A stretch of DNA of 43,874 bases, the filler included, from Catajapyx aquilonaris (lineage: Eukaryota): the NCBI GenBank assembly GCA_000934665.2. It is 2 parts of 2 records of this genome, joined end to end, with 100 filler letters (N's around TTAATTAATTAA, not from the genome) between each part and the next. Parts side by side here need not be neighbours in the genome. Positions count along the whole stretch, not along the records: positions 21,993 to 43,874 come from KZ539444.1; 1 more part is not named here. One strand, 5' to 3'. A model generated the notes under the pieces. The model was not told the origin of the DNA. It ran no database searches and was given only the letters and a program-made list of their open reading frames with translations. Positions 21,893 through 36,560 of the stretch are shown one piece after another; position 1 is the first letter of the stretch; every line of letters begins with the position of its first letter. Position numbers and translations under genes: made by a program.

Positions 21893-21992
21893 NNNNNNNN
21901 NNNNNNNNNNNNNNNNNNNNNNNNNNNNNNNNNNNNTTAATTAATTAANNNNNNNNNNNNNNNNNNNNNNNNNNNNNNNNNNNNNNNNNNNN
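21893..21992. other. Artificial contig-joining spacer
   Basis: 44 N + TTAATTAATTAA (21937-21948, stops in all six frames) + 44 N = exactly 100 nt. Confidence 0.95.
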
Positions 21993-24900
21993 CCCCTCAA
22001 CTGCCGTACTGTATCCCTCCCGCTTATCTTATCGCCAACTCTGTTTCCATTAATTAACACGCGGCCTCACCGAAATCCATTCAAGAGCAGGCATTAATCC
22101 TGCGTTTTCCCCGCGCAGAATCCCCCCTATATACCATCTCATCTCCCCCTCTCCTCCCCAGCAGCCACTAAATCCCTGTGTGTTTGCCCTTCCAAGATGG
22201 CAGACCCCTCTTTTTTTATGCCATTTGACTTTTCCCCCCCAGCGGCATGACCGCTTTCATCCTGAGAGCCAGGCAACCAAGCCTGCACGACATTTCCTAG
22301 CAGTTATGCAGTAAGGGTGCTCGTGCCTGTTGCTGTAACAATAAAGGATGCAACTTCTTGATATACTCCATTGTTCCCCCCCTTTCGGATGAATAATTTC
22401 GCATATCCCCGAGCGACATAATCACCACACAATGTGTACTCGCCATCATTCTTTTTTCCTGCTGAATAGGCTCACTCAGTGGTGCAAACACTATCAAGAG
22501 AGGAGCCATTCTCGATTCAAAGTACTGAAAAGATGAGCAGGCAGGTTTTTGAAACGAATGTCCCTTGGAGGAGCACATGCTGTGTGCACAGGGTGAGCCA
22601 GAACAGCATTTCATCCAGTTGCCATATAGAGGATTGGCTGTATAAAGTGGGTCGATTTATTAACTGACTCTCCCTGTAGTGTGGTCACAGGAGGAAGAGC
22701 CAGGGAATGACGAGTGGGCAGGGTGCTGCTGTCATTTGGGAATATAACCCCACCCCCTCTCTGGAATTATTAAAAAAAAAGAGAGTGAAACCAAACAAAA
22801 GGGTGCTGAGGGAGCTTTTGATATGGCTGGGGCATCATGGGCGAGGGAGAGAGAGATGAAGGAGGATGGTGATGGTGGTCCATTGTCTTGTGAAGGCCCC
22901 GGCAGAGAGCCAGTCTTATCTCGGATCCTGTTGCTGTCCGAATCCGGGGAGAACACGGACACACTCCACTTCCGATGCTGCCGGTATTATATATGTACAC
23001 CTACATGTGGACATCGCGACACTTCCGGTCCATGACAACAACCCTTTTCCCTCCACCCTTCGGTTTTTTTAGGAATTGATTTTTTTTCCGAGCGAATTCA
23101 CGTCTAATCCAAGCCTCATTTCCCTCCCATTTACCTCGCGGGGATGTGCAGGGTGAGCCAAATTCATTCGGCATATCAAAAATATTGCCATACGAACATT
23201 ATCAGCTTACTAGTCACCCAGTTAGAGCTAAAATTTACGACAATAAATTTCCAATAGAAATAAAAATTTTAAATATGTTCTAAAAATTGGCGAATTAAAC
23301 GGACCATGACTTTCAATCAATGTGTATACTACGGGCGATAAAAAGTTGTGGCAACAGGCCATAATTGGCCGAATTTGCTCGTTACATTTGGCCCCTGTGT
23401 TTGGGCGCACGCGACGCATCATTAGCTTCCAATTTGTGGCTATGTGTGTGTGTGTGGGTGTGGGTGTGCTGTGTATAATATGGCGTGTCGATGCCAAATC
23501 CTAGTTTTTACCCCTGAAGCTTCACAACCAAACCCCACGCCAGCACGATTATTATTCGCATATAAAATCAACAACTATAAACGCCAAACATACGTGATTA
23601 CACAATCATATTATCTGATACATAACCGCGATAATTCGCATACAAACGACCCAAATTAAATTTATATTATAGTTTGGGGAGCATTGGGACGCATGGCGGG
23701 GGAGCCAATGATGCACGACAATGCTCTGCAGCATCTATAGGTCTATATACATGCATAACTGCATTGCAGTCATATACCCCCTCCCAATAACAATATTAAA
23801 TTAATCGTATGTTATAATTATTCTCATATTGGTTGTCAGCCATAATGGGAAACTTTTTTTTACAATGCTGTTAATAATTATTATTATAACTCGAATTACA
23901 TGTACTTATTGTGTGAGCTGCATTAATAATGATGATATTGCTGCCGACAGTACTACCAGCAGAGTGATCTCCGTACGATTAAAAAATATTGTACGATATT
24001 AAATGTGTGTGTAATTGCATTCGACTAATTCAAATGGTTCCTATTGTGCAGGGGAAATTCAGGCCGTGGATTGAGAGTGATCTTTGTCGGGTCTGTCCTT
24101 TTCTGCCTTTACAATAATGCGACGTCGTCGTCCGTTTGCAGCAGCAGATCGACAAGACAAGATGGCGGCCCAGCTTCCCTCCGGATCAATAGGCTCCTGC
24201 TGCTGGGAAGTAGTAGCTGCTACTGACTGTGCTTCCTTTATACCTGAGACCTGACACCACCACTCACACCTCCAACTCAAGCAAACCGCGTTTCGTTGGG
24301 GGGTTGGTCAAAACGCCGCACATCACGCATCACTCCACATATCATCAGTCGCACAGAGAGACTCGTCGAATCGTCGCCGCATGATGGGTAAACAATATCC
24401 CTTTCTGACTTGCTCACCATCTCATTTTGAATCGGAACAGTATAGCCTGTATGCACCTTCATTTTTGTTATTGCAGAGAGACGTGTGCTGTGCTGGAGGT
24501 ACAGGTGACACCCACTTCGCAACGTGAGTACAAACTATAATTAATTCGCATGAGATTATTGGGTCGAGAAATCAGGGCATAGTCTTACATCCGCAAAACA
24601 GACTGGGAAGTCGCTGATAATAAAATAGTTGAAACGGTTTTATTATATTTTGAAGACTAAAAAATGGCATCACGCTGCAGGTTTGCCAATGAAAACTCGC
24701 TTATTTGGTTTGTATATAGGAATGGCCGGGAAATTGCATTGAATGGGTGCGATGCCGAACCAATTTCGCATTGGACGCTGGCGAAATTAGACCCGACGTT
24801 GCTCATGAACAATGCCGTTCAAAAAAAACAAGTAACAATATATAGGCCTGCCGAATTTTGCCGACGAAATTTGATCATCCATACACTTGTAACATACATA

Positions 24901-26820
24901 GCATACGGCACTGTGTATATTTTCTCTGTGTTGCTTTGCTTATGTGGAAAGGTGTGTTTGGTTTCGTGATCAACAGTTTACAAATTTAAATAATTGCCGA
25001 CAATAACTAATCAGGGCTGATGCTCTCCGCTCACTTAATTGCCTCGAATAAGCTGCAGATTATTGCGGATGCAGCTCCTCCCGAAGATCAGCATCTCATC
25101 CCTATGGGCATGTTGTTAACAAGTTAACGCTAACGCTCCAACTGAGCCAGCTGATTTCCAGTTTCGGAAAAAACCACATACCCAGCATAATTTTTTAGTT
25201 GTAAGTAACATCTTTCACAGGATCCTTTCCAACTACGACATGATGAGTGGTTGTTAAAAAGCCACGTAGGGGATAACCGAGATTTGTTATCAAGCATCCG
25301 AGATGAAACATACTCTGCCAGAGACATCGAGGGGAGCAATTTTACTCGATTCAACAACCGATTAGAGGGAATGAAGCTGCGGGCAGTCCCATTGTTGTGC
25401 ACACCCTCGAAGCTGCCAATAACTCTCTGGTCCAGACAGCATCACAGACTTTCGCTGCTCTTCTTAAATGAACTCCAGCGTGATNNNNNNNNNNNNCCCC
25501 CCCCCCCCCCAATTCCTTTCTAAATTGAGTTGACCCCATCTCCCTTCCTATCTCCATAACAGTGCCCATCGCTGTCTGTTATCGCTGAAAGAGGGATGAG
25601 CCATACAGCATAATACACGGCATAATAGCTGTTGCCGGATGTGACAAGCGCTGTGCATTTTGGGCGTCGGAGGGAGGGTTCGGTTTGGTCCAGGCCACGC
25701 AGCATCCTCGGGGACCAATTTGGTGGCAATAACCCACTGAAATCTTCCCTGGAGACCCACCCCCTATATACCGCTCTTCCTGCACCTCCACCATACACAG
25801 CACAGCAGTGTCATGATGGTTTTTGGGGAGCTCCAAATCTGGCTGCTCCTTTGACACGGAATAATATTCATGGCTCTCCAGGCGCATTTAGGCCCCGGGA
25901 TGAACCCACGTGCCCTATATTTAATCACATGCTCGGATGAACTCGGCTGCTGATTGGTCGCCAGTCCAACATTGTTTATGGCCGCCACCTCAACACTTGG
26001 CCTTCCCCCTACCCGGCACTCAAAAACCACAAAAACAAAAAAGAGAGAGAGAGAGAAAAAAAAAATATCAAATCTGCTGGCCATTGTTGTCCTTATATAC
26101 CCGATCGTAAAAAGCTTGGCGGAGTGGTCGTTGGGAGAGCAGTCACGATCCAGGTTTACTGCCGGCAAATGAAATCTAAAAATGTACTTGTCAGATGTCG
26201 AGTGCTGGGGCCCCCGATCTGTGACTTGTTGCCCCCGATGTATAACTTATACGAGGGCGGTATATATCTCCGCACCGCTGGGCACAAACAAAATTTACAG
26301 CTGGTATACAACACTATACGGCTCCGACATGTGCTGGTTAGTAGATCAGGCCGATTGCTATCACCCTCGGCATGTGCATTTTACAGTAGCCTACATTCGC
26401 CTCCAGCTTGTAAATCACGGCTTGTCGCAACTCCAGAAAAAAAAACAGTCGGAGTTGTGCATATTTTACCCGAACTATTTGCGGCTTGATGTAAGCCTCC
26501 AGCATCATCTTGATCCAGACCATGGCTGGAGAAATGTTAGGCCGAACTGATTTGTCCGTTTCGACTTCTGTGGCTTTTGGTTTTGGTCAGATTTCTTGCG
26601 AAGGTGTCCAACTACCTTTCCAGGCAACACCCTTCCTATAGTAGGTAATCCAATAAGCAGTAACTGGTGGCACGAGTGTTTTTTGCGTGCGGAAAATCTG
26701 TACGTTTAGGATGCAGAGTTGAGAGAGGGTGGGGCTGAGCATCAGAGAGATAGTTGGCTCCGTGCAGCTGAGTGGCTGTTGGCGCAGTGCTCTGGCGCCA
26801 CCTCTCTCCCTCTCTCTCCC

Positions 26821-26822
<2 letters not shown>

Positions 26823-26852
<30 letters not shown>
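26823..26852. repeat. (CT)15 microsatellite / GAGA tract
   Basis: Perfect dinucleotide run. Confidence 0.95.
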
Positions 26853-26854
<2 letters not shown>

Positions 26855-27599
26855 CCTTAATTTGGCCTATTATAGATTAGTAATTACGCCGGGTGGGCTC
26901 AGATAAACTGAGGGAGCGGGGAACGCGATAAACAAAATCCTATAATAAAAAGTCTTCTCCGGGCGTTGGGAACCAAACATGGTGGGAGTCGATAAGGGGA
27001 ACAAACGAGTTGGACCTCGGCAGCCCGGGCGAAGAAGAAGCTGATAAAACAGGGATGCCGTCGCACTTGGAGCCCTGATAAAAGCCTGCAGCCGCCCCCC
27101 CGAAAACTAGCTCTATATAAACCGGAAAGAAGCGGGAAAGTCACACACACCCCGCCGCTCGACTACCAGGGAAGGGACGACTCTGCTGCATTGCTGCCAG
27201 GCCCAAGCACCCAACAGTGTGCACGAAATAAGAAGGAAAGGAAGACACGGCAGTGCACAGTGTGGATCAGTAGTGCTGTGTGTGTGTGCGTGTGATTCCT
27301 CGACATCTTTCTTCATTTCGAGCCGACCGCCTCCCAACTCGTTCTCTCTCTCGTTGCCGAAAAATATGGGGAGAGGGCAGCATCATCGCCAGGGCCATTC
27401 GTCTGATGCACGTCATTCGCCGGCCATGTTTGAGGGCGGGGGACAGCAGGTTATATATACGTGGACAGAGAGACAGACCAGTTGGACGGGAAGAGGGGGA
27501 GGGGGGGAAAAGAAGGGGAGGAAAATAATAGTTGGAGAGAAAAATATGTATAGATAAAAATGAAGTGTGGTTGACTTTTCGTAGTTTCGGGATAGGGAG

Positions 27600-27710
27600 T
27601 GACGTCACGGGTGTCGATGTGCGCAACCGGGTCTGCGTTGCCGATCACTGAATCACCGGACGGTTGTTATATGTCTCTATATAAACCCTGCAATGTACAG
27701 ACACAGTGCG
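27600..27710 (+). promoter_or_regulatory. Candidate Pol II promoter (CRE, AP-1-like site, TATA)
   Basis: TGACGTCA 27600-27607, TGAATCA 27649-27655, TATATAAA 27678-27685, ACAGT initiator-like motif near 27705. Confidence 0.35.
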
Positions 27711-29899
27711 GTTTGCTGGATATAACTGTTTTCGCGGGAAGAAAAGCGAACTTGGTTAACGAGGAAAAGATTGATGTTGCGAAAAGTTGTGTATAGGCCT
27801 AAAGTTTTTATAAAGAATTTTTAACCGAAATTTATTTTGCAGTTTTCCCATTCCCTTTTCACGACCACAAGCTTCCCTTAGAACGGATCAGAACGTAGCA
27901 GGCATTCCAACCGTTAATTTTTAATTAGCCTACCTAGTGTTTCTCTAATCGCTGACTTAATCTTTCGTGTGTAAAAATGCTGCGACGTTGTTTATTTGCC
28001 GCTTCCGTTTATTTCACACATGTTGAAGTTTTTTCCAACAGGGACCGACATGAGAGCTATATGCCAAACTATCCCATTATTATAATTGAAATAATTGAAC
28101 GGGTAACAATTCAAGAACAAACCGCTGTTCTTGTTCTCAAAATGTTCGACGTATAGTGACGAGATGATTCTTGCTGCAATTATAAATTTTCGAGACTACC
28201 AACGGCCGTCCTTATTGTTAAGATAAACAATCACAAGTTTATCTAGTTCTTCTTCGACCAACGATCTGCCTTCCTCAATGTATGTACCAGGACTTATATT
28301 GACAGGTATCACATACAAATTAAATAATGCCAGTAATGGAGTTTTTGTTGGCCAAATTTTTGCACACAATCATATAGGCCTATACATAATAATATGAAGC
28401 CGCCATTCCTCTGGCGGAAAACTCTCAGGGGATGAACATATCTGAAATGGTTGCATATTCGAGGGCTGTTTGAGGTGCAGGGAATTGAGGCAGGTACACC
28501 TTGTATGCGGGGGCGTGCATTTCGGGCTTGAGCCGTTGTATAATAGAAAGACTAAAGTACTGGGGGGAGGGAACGTATATACCGCCGAGAGGTTTTGCGG
28601 ACCTGGGAATCGGCATGCTAAGCAGGCGGAAGCCATCATCTCAGTATATAGGCTTCGGGGGAATATTACAAGTCTACATGTATCTAGGCGCATACCTCAT
28701 GGGGGCGGGCGGTGTGGTGGTGGTGAGGGTGGATGGTTGGTTGGGAGGATCCGGAAAAGCAAAAGGCCATAAGTCAGGCACTTTATCGGCCCGGAACTGC
28801 GTCTCGTCGTCCTGGGCAAAGGCTGCTTATTTCTACAATATCCCCGGATTTAAAACCGGGCTCACTCTCAGGGGAACGATATTTTGTGCCAGGGCTTCCA
28901 GCAGGGGATCTATGCTTATTGTATGATGGGCGGTTTGCGAGTCAGTTTTTCGGCTCACATTTCCATTGTTAAGATTCGCCTCGATGCTTTTTGTTCGCAC
29001 ATTTTTGTACCGCGTACGAATAAATTTTTTTGAATTATTTATAAAAGTATATGCGCATGAAATCGTACCAACTTCTTTTGCATGCTGTCACTCATGCATC
29101 AACTGACCATTTGCAGCAAGAGATTTCTTAAAGCATTCTTCAGACATTGTATTATTGTGCGGTTACATGAGAAATTATTCAGATTGGAGAAGTGAAAATT
29201 CGGTTCTTAATGTACGTAAAGAACACCTTAAGGAATGTTTAGTGAAAATTTAATTAAGCATCGGTGAGCTGTGGATGTTAAAACCCAGTTTGATGTGAGT
29301 GGAAGTGAGCGCAGTCATATAGCTGGAGGCTAGATGGCTTATGTTGCCGTTTCTATGTGTATGCAGGCAGCATGACAATAAGTGATGCTGCTGATTGGTG
29401 CTGTGTGCTGTGTGCATGCGGCAGCAACCATCATCCCCAGCACGCTGGCTGGCTGCTGTTTCATGTTCAGTCCGTAGAGATGGGCCACTTATGGGTCCCC
29501 AGGGAAGCGTAACTGCTGCGGTGGTAACAAAGCTGGCCTGCTGCCTCCCAGCACTGCCGCTGGATGCTGCAATATACATCGAGAGAGAGAGAGAGATAGA
29601 CAATACCATCGGAGTGTATATATATGGGGCCTGAGTCGGGGTGGTGCTGGTTATATGAGCAAAGTATAAGGGGAAGGCTTGCTCGGTGGCCAATTCCCTG
29701 CGACAAAGGCTGGCCAGCACTCAGACCTCGATTTGAATCTGAATGGCCGCGTCGACATTCGATGGAAGATAATGGCGCCTCCCGCTCCTTCCCCCTACAA
29801 TCCTGGCCAAGGATGAGACCTTGCTTGCTATGTCCTATATAAGACCACCAGAAGGAATTGTTTATCTGTTGTGTATATAGACCGGGTTCAATATTGGAT

Positions 29900-29940
29900 T
29901 AATTTTAGATTAATTTAGATTAATTTAGATTAATTTAGAT
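29900..29940. repeat. 10-bp tandem repeat (TAATTTAGAT) x4
   Basis: Directly visible; first unit carries an extra T. Confidence 0.9.
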
Positions 29941-32145
29941 CGAGTAACAAGGGCGGTGTAACAATTATTATATAAAATCCCCCTGCATTAGAAGCATCCG
30001 AAGGTGACAGTTGGGTGACGACGCAATGTGAGTCAGAGACGCTTATCAGTGGTCTGAGGAAAGAGGAGGAGGGAATATTGTAATTGCGGTTGTAACGGGG
30101 CTCGGGGACACGGATGGCAGCAGTGGATGCCGGACAAAAGGCGGGGCCCAGGCAGTGCACAAACGGAGTGTTTCCTTTTGATTTGACACGAGTCTGCACT
30201 AGGGGTCCTCTCTCTTTCTACTCCCAACCCACCTCGCACCCGCAACCACCCTGACACATTCTCTTTCCCGTCCCCCCATCATCATCCTGTGCCTTATCTG
30301 TCGATTGCACCCTGACACACAAGCAGCATCGGTCCAAATGAACGCGGTACCAGTCCTTTTCAGTTCTCCCCCGACCCACTCACTCGGATGCTGCTGCATG
30401 CTCTCTGTAGTATAGGAATAAACACACACGCATTCGATCATTGCTTGACGACATGATAACGTCCAGTGTATAAGTGGGAGTGGTTTGGGTGCTGGAATCC
30501 ACACTTTCTCTTTACTGTCTGCGGAAGAAAATAGGTTGGAAGGATGGAGGGGGGATTTATGTCCAGCACAAGTCGAAAAGGGGGGGTTGTGTGCTATGTG
30601 TCCCTCCCTCCCATCCTTCTGGCCATATAACTGTAGGAGTTTGGACCCATTTGAGCTGGCGGCCGAGCATTGCCAAGATTCCTCCCGATTGCTTCCCATC
30701 TCCCTTATCTCCCGTCTAAGTAACTACCACGGGAAAGAGCCGGCCATCAACCGAGCAAAGCAAAGGAGCCAACTCTATTCCAGCCGGCTAAGGAAGGAAG
30801 GAAGGAAGGAAACGGGAATATAGGGAAGGAAAGGAAGAGGGCCAGAGAAAGGGGACACGCAAGATGTGCTAACCTGTTATTAAATATTTCAATCGCATTC
30901 AAAGTGGCATCCTATACGGGATTATGCCTCTTCTCCTGCATTTTAAGCAACTATCAGCATTGAAATCACCCTGTCTGTGTACTACACCCATATGGCCATA
31001 TCCTCCTTATAAGATGATTCATAATATTAACTTACAGTATAAGATATGAAAATGGTTTCTTTTTCAACACATAAGAGTGGTTACCAGAAGAAAGTGAGCC
31101 TGGTTCTGTCTACCGAAAGAGCGAATTATCAGCGATTTGTCACTCCAGTATTTCATAAAATAGTAGCTTACCTAGCATTTTAAAGAACATAATTACTGAC
31201 TAAATGTACAGCATTCCAATATAGGCTGCTCTGTGATGTATATATTGAGAAAAATAACAGAGTGAAATAGAGAACATAACATTCGAGCCTCACGAAAATC
31301 CAACGCAATTCTTCGAACTGAATTATATATGCAAGACCTTACCAGTATATACGAGTAAACCAATAGCCATCTTCCACGAGTTAAAATGAGAAAGATTATT
31401 ATTTGTTCATGTGCTTCCAAAACGTAGGCCTATCGCAGCATTAATAATTTCCAAATATCTAGCGCCAGATTTCACAATGCTGAGCGCAATTTAGCACCAA
31501 ACACGCGACAATAATGGATTTAACAATGATGATTGCTTGTGTATGTGCCTGGCCATCACGGAAATAACTGTTGATTTTGTGGCACATAAATGCACTATTT
31601 TTATCACACGTACAGTATTAAGTAAAGGAATTTATCCAGGTAGTTTTAACTTGGGTTTTACTCTCACAGTATATGTCATTCAGAGCCATGCATGTTTTGT
31701 TGCTTCTTGCACTTTGTTAATAATTTGCAGCTATAGAGTTTTTTGCTGCTTGTGTGAAAAGTGAGTTGTATGTGCACTTCACCGCATACATTTTGAACCA
31801 CCTTTGAAATGCCTGGTGGTGCAGTGCCAGGGGAGTCACGGGTGGGCCGTCAATTAGCATTTGTGTCGTTGCAGCAGGATTTTCTGGCTCCCCCAGCACG
31901 TTTCCAGCAGCAAACCCAAAAGTCGCCGAAATATTATCCGCGCGATTTATTGCAATAACCACGCCAGGGACAGGAACGCGTTTATCGGCCAATAACTCCG
32001 GAGACAATAACCGTGAATTATTCCTCGACCGTTGACAATGACGCATTGTTGTCGAGGCAAGAAAAGCAACTGCGAAACACGAGCTCTCAACTTTTATTAT
32101 TCGCGACAGCTTGTTTATATAAAAAAAGAAAGATACGTTTTTATA

Positions 32146-32370
32146 TAGTGGTGTTGGTGGTATGTGTGTAGTGAATGGCCCTTGTGGTGCGTGGGCCCCC
32201 CCGTGCCCTGATTTATGTGGCTGGAAACTGGTGGCCCCGGCTACTGTCCCGCCCCCCCCTTGGGCCCCCCCTCGGAGAAGGGCCAGGAAATAATTTTCCC
32301 CCCGGTGAGGGCCCCCCCTCTGAGGAGGCAGGGGCCCGGCCTTTGCCACCTACTCCAGCAGCACAAAGTA
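32146..32370. mobile_element. GC-rich insert with GGGCCC repeats, possible hAT-type MITE
   Basis: Multiple GGGCCCC motifs in an AT-richer background; only weak terminal symmetry; flanked by short inverted repeat 32127-32145 / 32401-32417. Confidence 0.35.
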
Positions 32371-35300
32371 CTTCGAGGCACCTACCGTGTGTGTTATATT
32401 TATAAAAACGTCTTTCTCAACCGCGTGTGTACGCACAACATGCTCGGAAGGTGGCGCCATCTCCAAGTCTGCTGATGGCTGTAAAATACCTCAGAGTTGG
32501 AAATTTGCGTTGGTAATTTTTGGAGACTACAGCATGGAGGAAGAGCCGTTTTGAGGGCACAAAGGGGTGCGGGACAAGTGCGCACAATCGTCCAAAATTA
32601 TTCCCAATCGGCTTGGCCCGGGCCATCTTATTCCCACAGCCAGAAAAGAGGAAGCCGCAGAACACAGAACGGGAAATGAACAAGTTGCCTCCAGAGACAG
32701 GCACCGGCAAGAAGGGGGTTTTGGAAAGGGAAAAAACAAGCGGCATTGTTGGACCCTAATTTACTCCTAGCTCTTTGAAGGAACTGGACAAAAATTGTCA
32801 ATATGCAAAAAAAAAAAAAGAAGTTGGCTCATCATTTTTTTGGGGCGATGACAAGTGTCGGCAGAAATTATGAAACGGTGGACCTTGTCGTCGGCATCTG
32901 ATGGGCGGCGACTCTGGTTTGTTTACATATCATGCCAGTTAGCAATTTCAGCAACTCATTCCGAGTAGGGGGAAGACCTCATGCGGACAGTGAATTGCAG
33001 ATTTTTTTTATTCCGCAGGACAAGCTGATTTATCGCTTCAAGATGTGTGGTGTTTTTGTGTTTCCCATTGAGCAGACGGCCGCTTTTGTTATGAAAATAA
33101 GCGCGAGTGTGAATGGCGCCTGTGTGTCTATGGAAGGGAGAGCATTAAGAGTGTTATTGCGTGTAACTGATATGCCAATAAGGCGTCGCATTAATTTGTA
33201 ATGACTCCTGAAATTAACTGCAAAGGTCGTAGTAATTACCAATTAAATTCCTGTTCTTCATTGCGTCGCCTTAGATAAAAAAAAGTGTAATGACACTGTT
33301 GGATAATACTTGTCATCCAAAGTTGTGAACACTCCTATAATTAACTGATAATATTACATTGCACGCATAAAAATAATAAACCGGAAACTTAAGCCGGCAC
33401 GGTTGTATGGACACGTCATGTCGAGACAATAATTATTTCCGATTACGTATTAAGGACACCCACATAATAATATTTTATGCCCATACACAACATGTGTGAT
33501 GACATAATGTGCTTACACAAATTAAGAATTTCTTAAATTATACGTATAGGAGTGTCTACATAATCAGAGTATGTCTCACAATCTGAGTTACAGTAATACA
33601 GCCAGATGTCTCATTCTATTTTTGAGGATGAGAAAAATAATATCGTCATATATACGGTTCAAGAATTACGGATGGATCAAATACCTGAAATTTACTTGTG
33701 ATGTGGTAGAAGGTGGACGATTGCGAATGTCAACAATGTGTAATTACGTGTGCTATATAACTTGGCTCAACTTGGCATAAATATTTGTTTGGCCCAGTAT
33801 AGGCAGCTTATTGTTGGCCACTTGTTGGAACACCCTGTGCATTTACTACATTACTACCGAGTTTGTGCGAAGATTTAAGGGCGGAGTGAAACGAAAAGGT
33901 GGAGCGTATACGAATAATCCTATAGGTGTTTCGATAGTAGTCCTCCTGCGCATGAGAGTTCTATGGAAAGGGGGGGGGGGAAAGGGGGGGGGAAGGATAT
34001 AGGCCTAGAGGGGGTTTGGCCCCCCCTAATCTAACGCCCGACCTAATAACTATATCGTATAACTTTATGACNGGGGGGAAAGGGGGGGAAGGATATAGGC
34101 CTAGAGGGGGTTTGGCCCCCCCTAATCTAACGCCCGACCTAATAACTATATCGTATAACTTTATGACGCTTTTGAAAAATGTAGCGCTGCCATTTCAGGG
34201 CAATTCAGCGAGGAACAATGGCCCATAGCCCGGCATCAAAAAGACCTGATAAGCTGATATCGAATTAGAATAACGATCTAATTTCCATACAAAAGGCACA
34301 CTTAAAGCGAAGCGGGGCGATGGAATGGCAGCACCACCACCAGCAGCATCCAAAAAATCGGGCTTCAACCATCCCTCCCCCTTTCCTCTCCCGTCATCCC
34401 TTTTTTTTAAGAGGAAGAAGGGAGATGCGTCCAGATGATGATGATGCTTGAGGAGGTAAATGGGAAAAAGGAATCGAGGAAGAAAACACACCTTTTAGTC
34501 CATGATTCTTCTCTCTCACCCCGGTAATTTTTTGCGCCATATTTCCTTCTGGCTCAGATAATTGGTTTCCACATGTCGACTCTAGGAATCAGATAGACGT
34601 CATGCTGCTTGTCAGGGTCCTCTGACCAACAACCCCCCCACCCCCTCAACCCTTCCAACCCAACAACCTCTCCTGCTTCCTGCATCTGCACTGCAATTTG
34701 GCGCAATCATTATCATATTACTTTCACACCTTGCTACCGGCTAACGTTATATGTGATGGGATTACAGCAAGATGCGTCTAAAGGCTGACGTACAAAACTT
34801 GTAAAAAAATGAATGTCCATTGCATTTGCATAACATAAGGCATTGCTGGCAGCTTATTTCTGACATCACGTGTCGAGTACACTTGAGAACTAAGAGAAGT
34901 GCACCGGCATCTGAGACGTGAAGTGACCGCAGCAGCAGCATCAAACAGACCCTTTGGCTTTGTGGTCGACACGGGCATGAAAAGAGCGGCCAGTGAAGTG
35001 TTAATTAGTCGGAAAAAGCGGAACAACCAACCGTTTGGATATGGGAGGGACCCAGTGGGGGGGTTTGGGTTGTATGATCATAATATACAGATGCTGATCT
35101 TTATAGTGGTGTGTACAAAGCCCCAAACGCGACCTGTTTAACACTGCAAATGGCAGCAGGATCTGATGATCGGAACAGGTTCGGCATCGGGTCCAGCCAG
35201 CATCACCCATGCAGTGTGGGACAAGCGAATAATAATCAGCGGCGTATATACAGTGTAAAAATTGGTGGGCCAAATGATGGGTGTTTTTGAAGCCCCCCTC

Positions 35301-36560
35301 ACTCCCCCCTCATGCCCTCCCTCCCATGGCATCAGCAGGGGTTGATGCTAATTGGCAGCTTGACACGTCAATTGAGGAGAACAAGTGCGGCCGGGAATTG
35401 GTTTCTCTCTCCGCTTTTGTGTGTGTGTGCCGCATCATGCTGCTTTTGCTATGTTGTTGCATGCACAGCAGCATATGAAGCTGCATCGGCAAATAGGCCT
35501 CAGCTGCTGCCATGTGCAACCAACAGTCTACAAAAACGGGCTGATTTTTGGCACCCTCCTCGTCTGCTGGATGATGATGGTTGATGTGCCGAAAACAACA
35601 TGTGGGGGCTTATGTATACCCCACCATCCACAGCAGAACGACGATGCTTCTTTCGCTGCTTCCCTGACGACCAATTCCTGGCTTTTTCCGCTCGCCCGAC
35701 TTCAGAATGACAGCTGTCAAGAGACACCCTGCAGATCTCGGACCCCCCACCGACCACCTACACGGGGTCCCACAAACCCAATACCAAAAAAAGGGAGAGA
35801 GACGCGGAGGACCAGATCAGCTGCTATATAGGAAGGGTCCAAAAGGTATAGCCCATTTGACCACCAATTTGTACCTGCGACTTGTTTCCCAGCGAGGGGT
35901 TGGTCCTTATTCGGTCAACAGGAGGAAGAATCACATTGACATGTAGTTCCCAATTTTGTGCCCCTGAAACTGCCGGTACTGAATGTTATTTATTCAGGCC
36001 AATCTACCAAAAGGCAGATCTTTGATTTTTGATCCTAAAGGGATTAGGCAGCAAACTTTGCTCCTAAAATTTGTTCGAAAGTACAATCACAGTTTAATAA
36101 TATTATCAGCTGCAAAATATCGGAGCAAAAAGTCACCGGTCATGATAACCACTAACCATTTCAGTTGATAGGACATAATATGGGAAGTAAAGTAACGAAT
36201 ACCTGAATAATAAATAATTAAAAATAAATTTTTACCTACAATGCAAATTTGCTGGATTATTCGGATTGAAAGTTCAAATCAGTATTATTATTAACAAATG
36301 CGAGGAAGTTATTTCAATATGATTGGTGATAGAATTTTTATCATAATTTAAAAAACACTCTTCAAGTCTATCATTCTGTGTGCATATTGAGGCCACTGCA
36401 TTTGGCTGCATCATAAATGGACCTGATGCCATGCTCAGATTGTTGTCATATATTCTCATTATTATCTTCAAACACTTCTGGAATGATGTACAGATATTTC
36501 AGCCGTAAATTAACCTTATGTACATGTTCATTTTGCATAAAATGAATAATGATCGCCACA

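Noticed and set aside
31587..31608. TAAATGCACTAT, matching the 5' half of miR-277
   Set aside because: Match ends after 12 nt and no supporting hairpin is evident.
31717..32349. 210-aa minus-strand ORF
   Set aside because: Crosses a GC-rich insert boundary, low-complexity composition, no motif.
34045..34071. ATAACTATATCGTATAAC, reminiscent of loxP
   Set aside because: Needs a 3-nt insertion and has no second inverted arm; chance match.
33975..34167. Tandem duplication of about 96 bp
   Set aside because: Copies are essentially identical, separated by a single N (34072) and start in G runs: an unmerged contig overlap.
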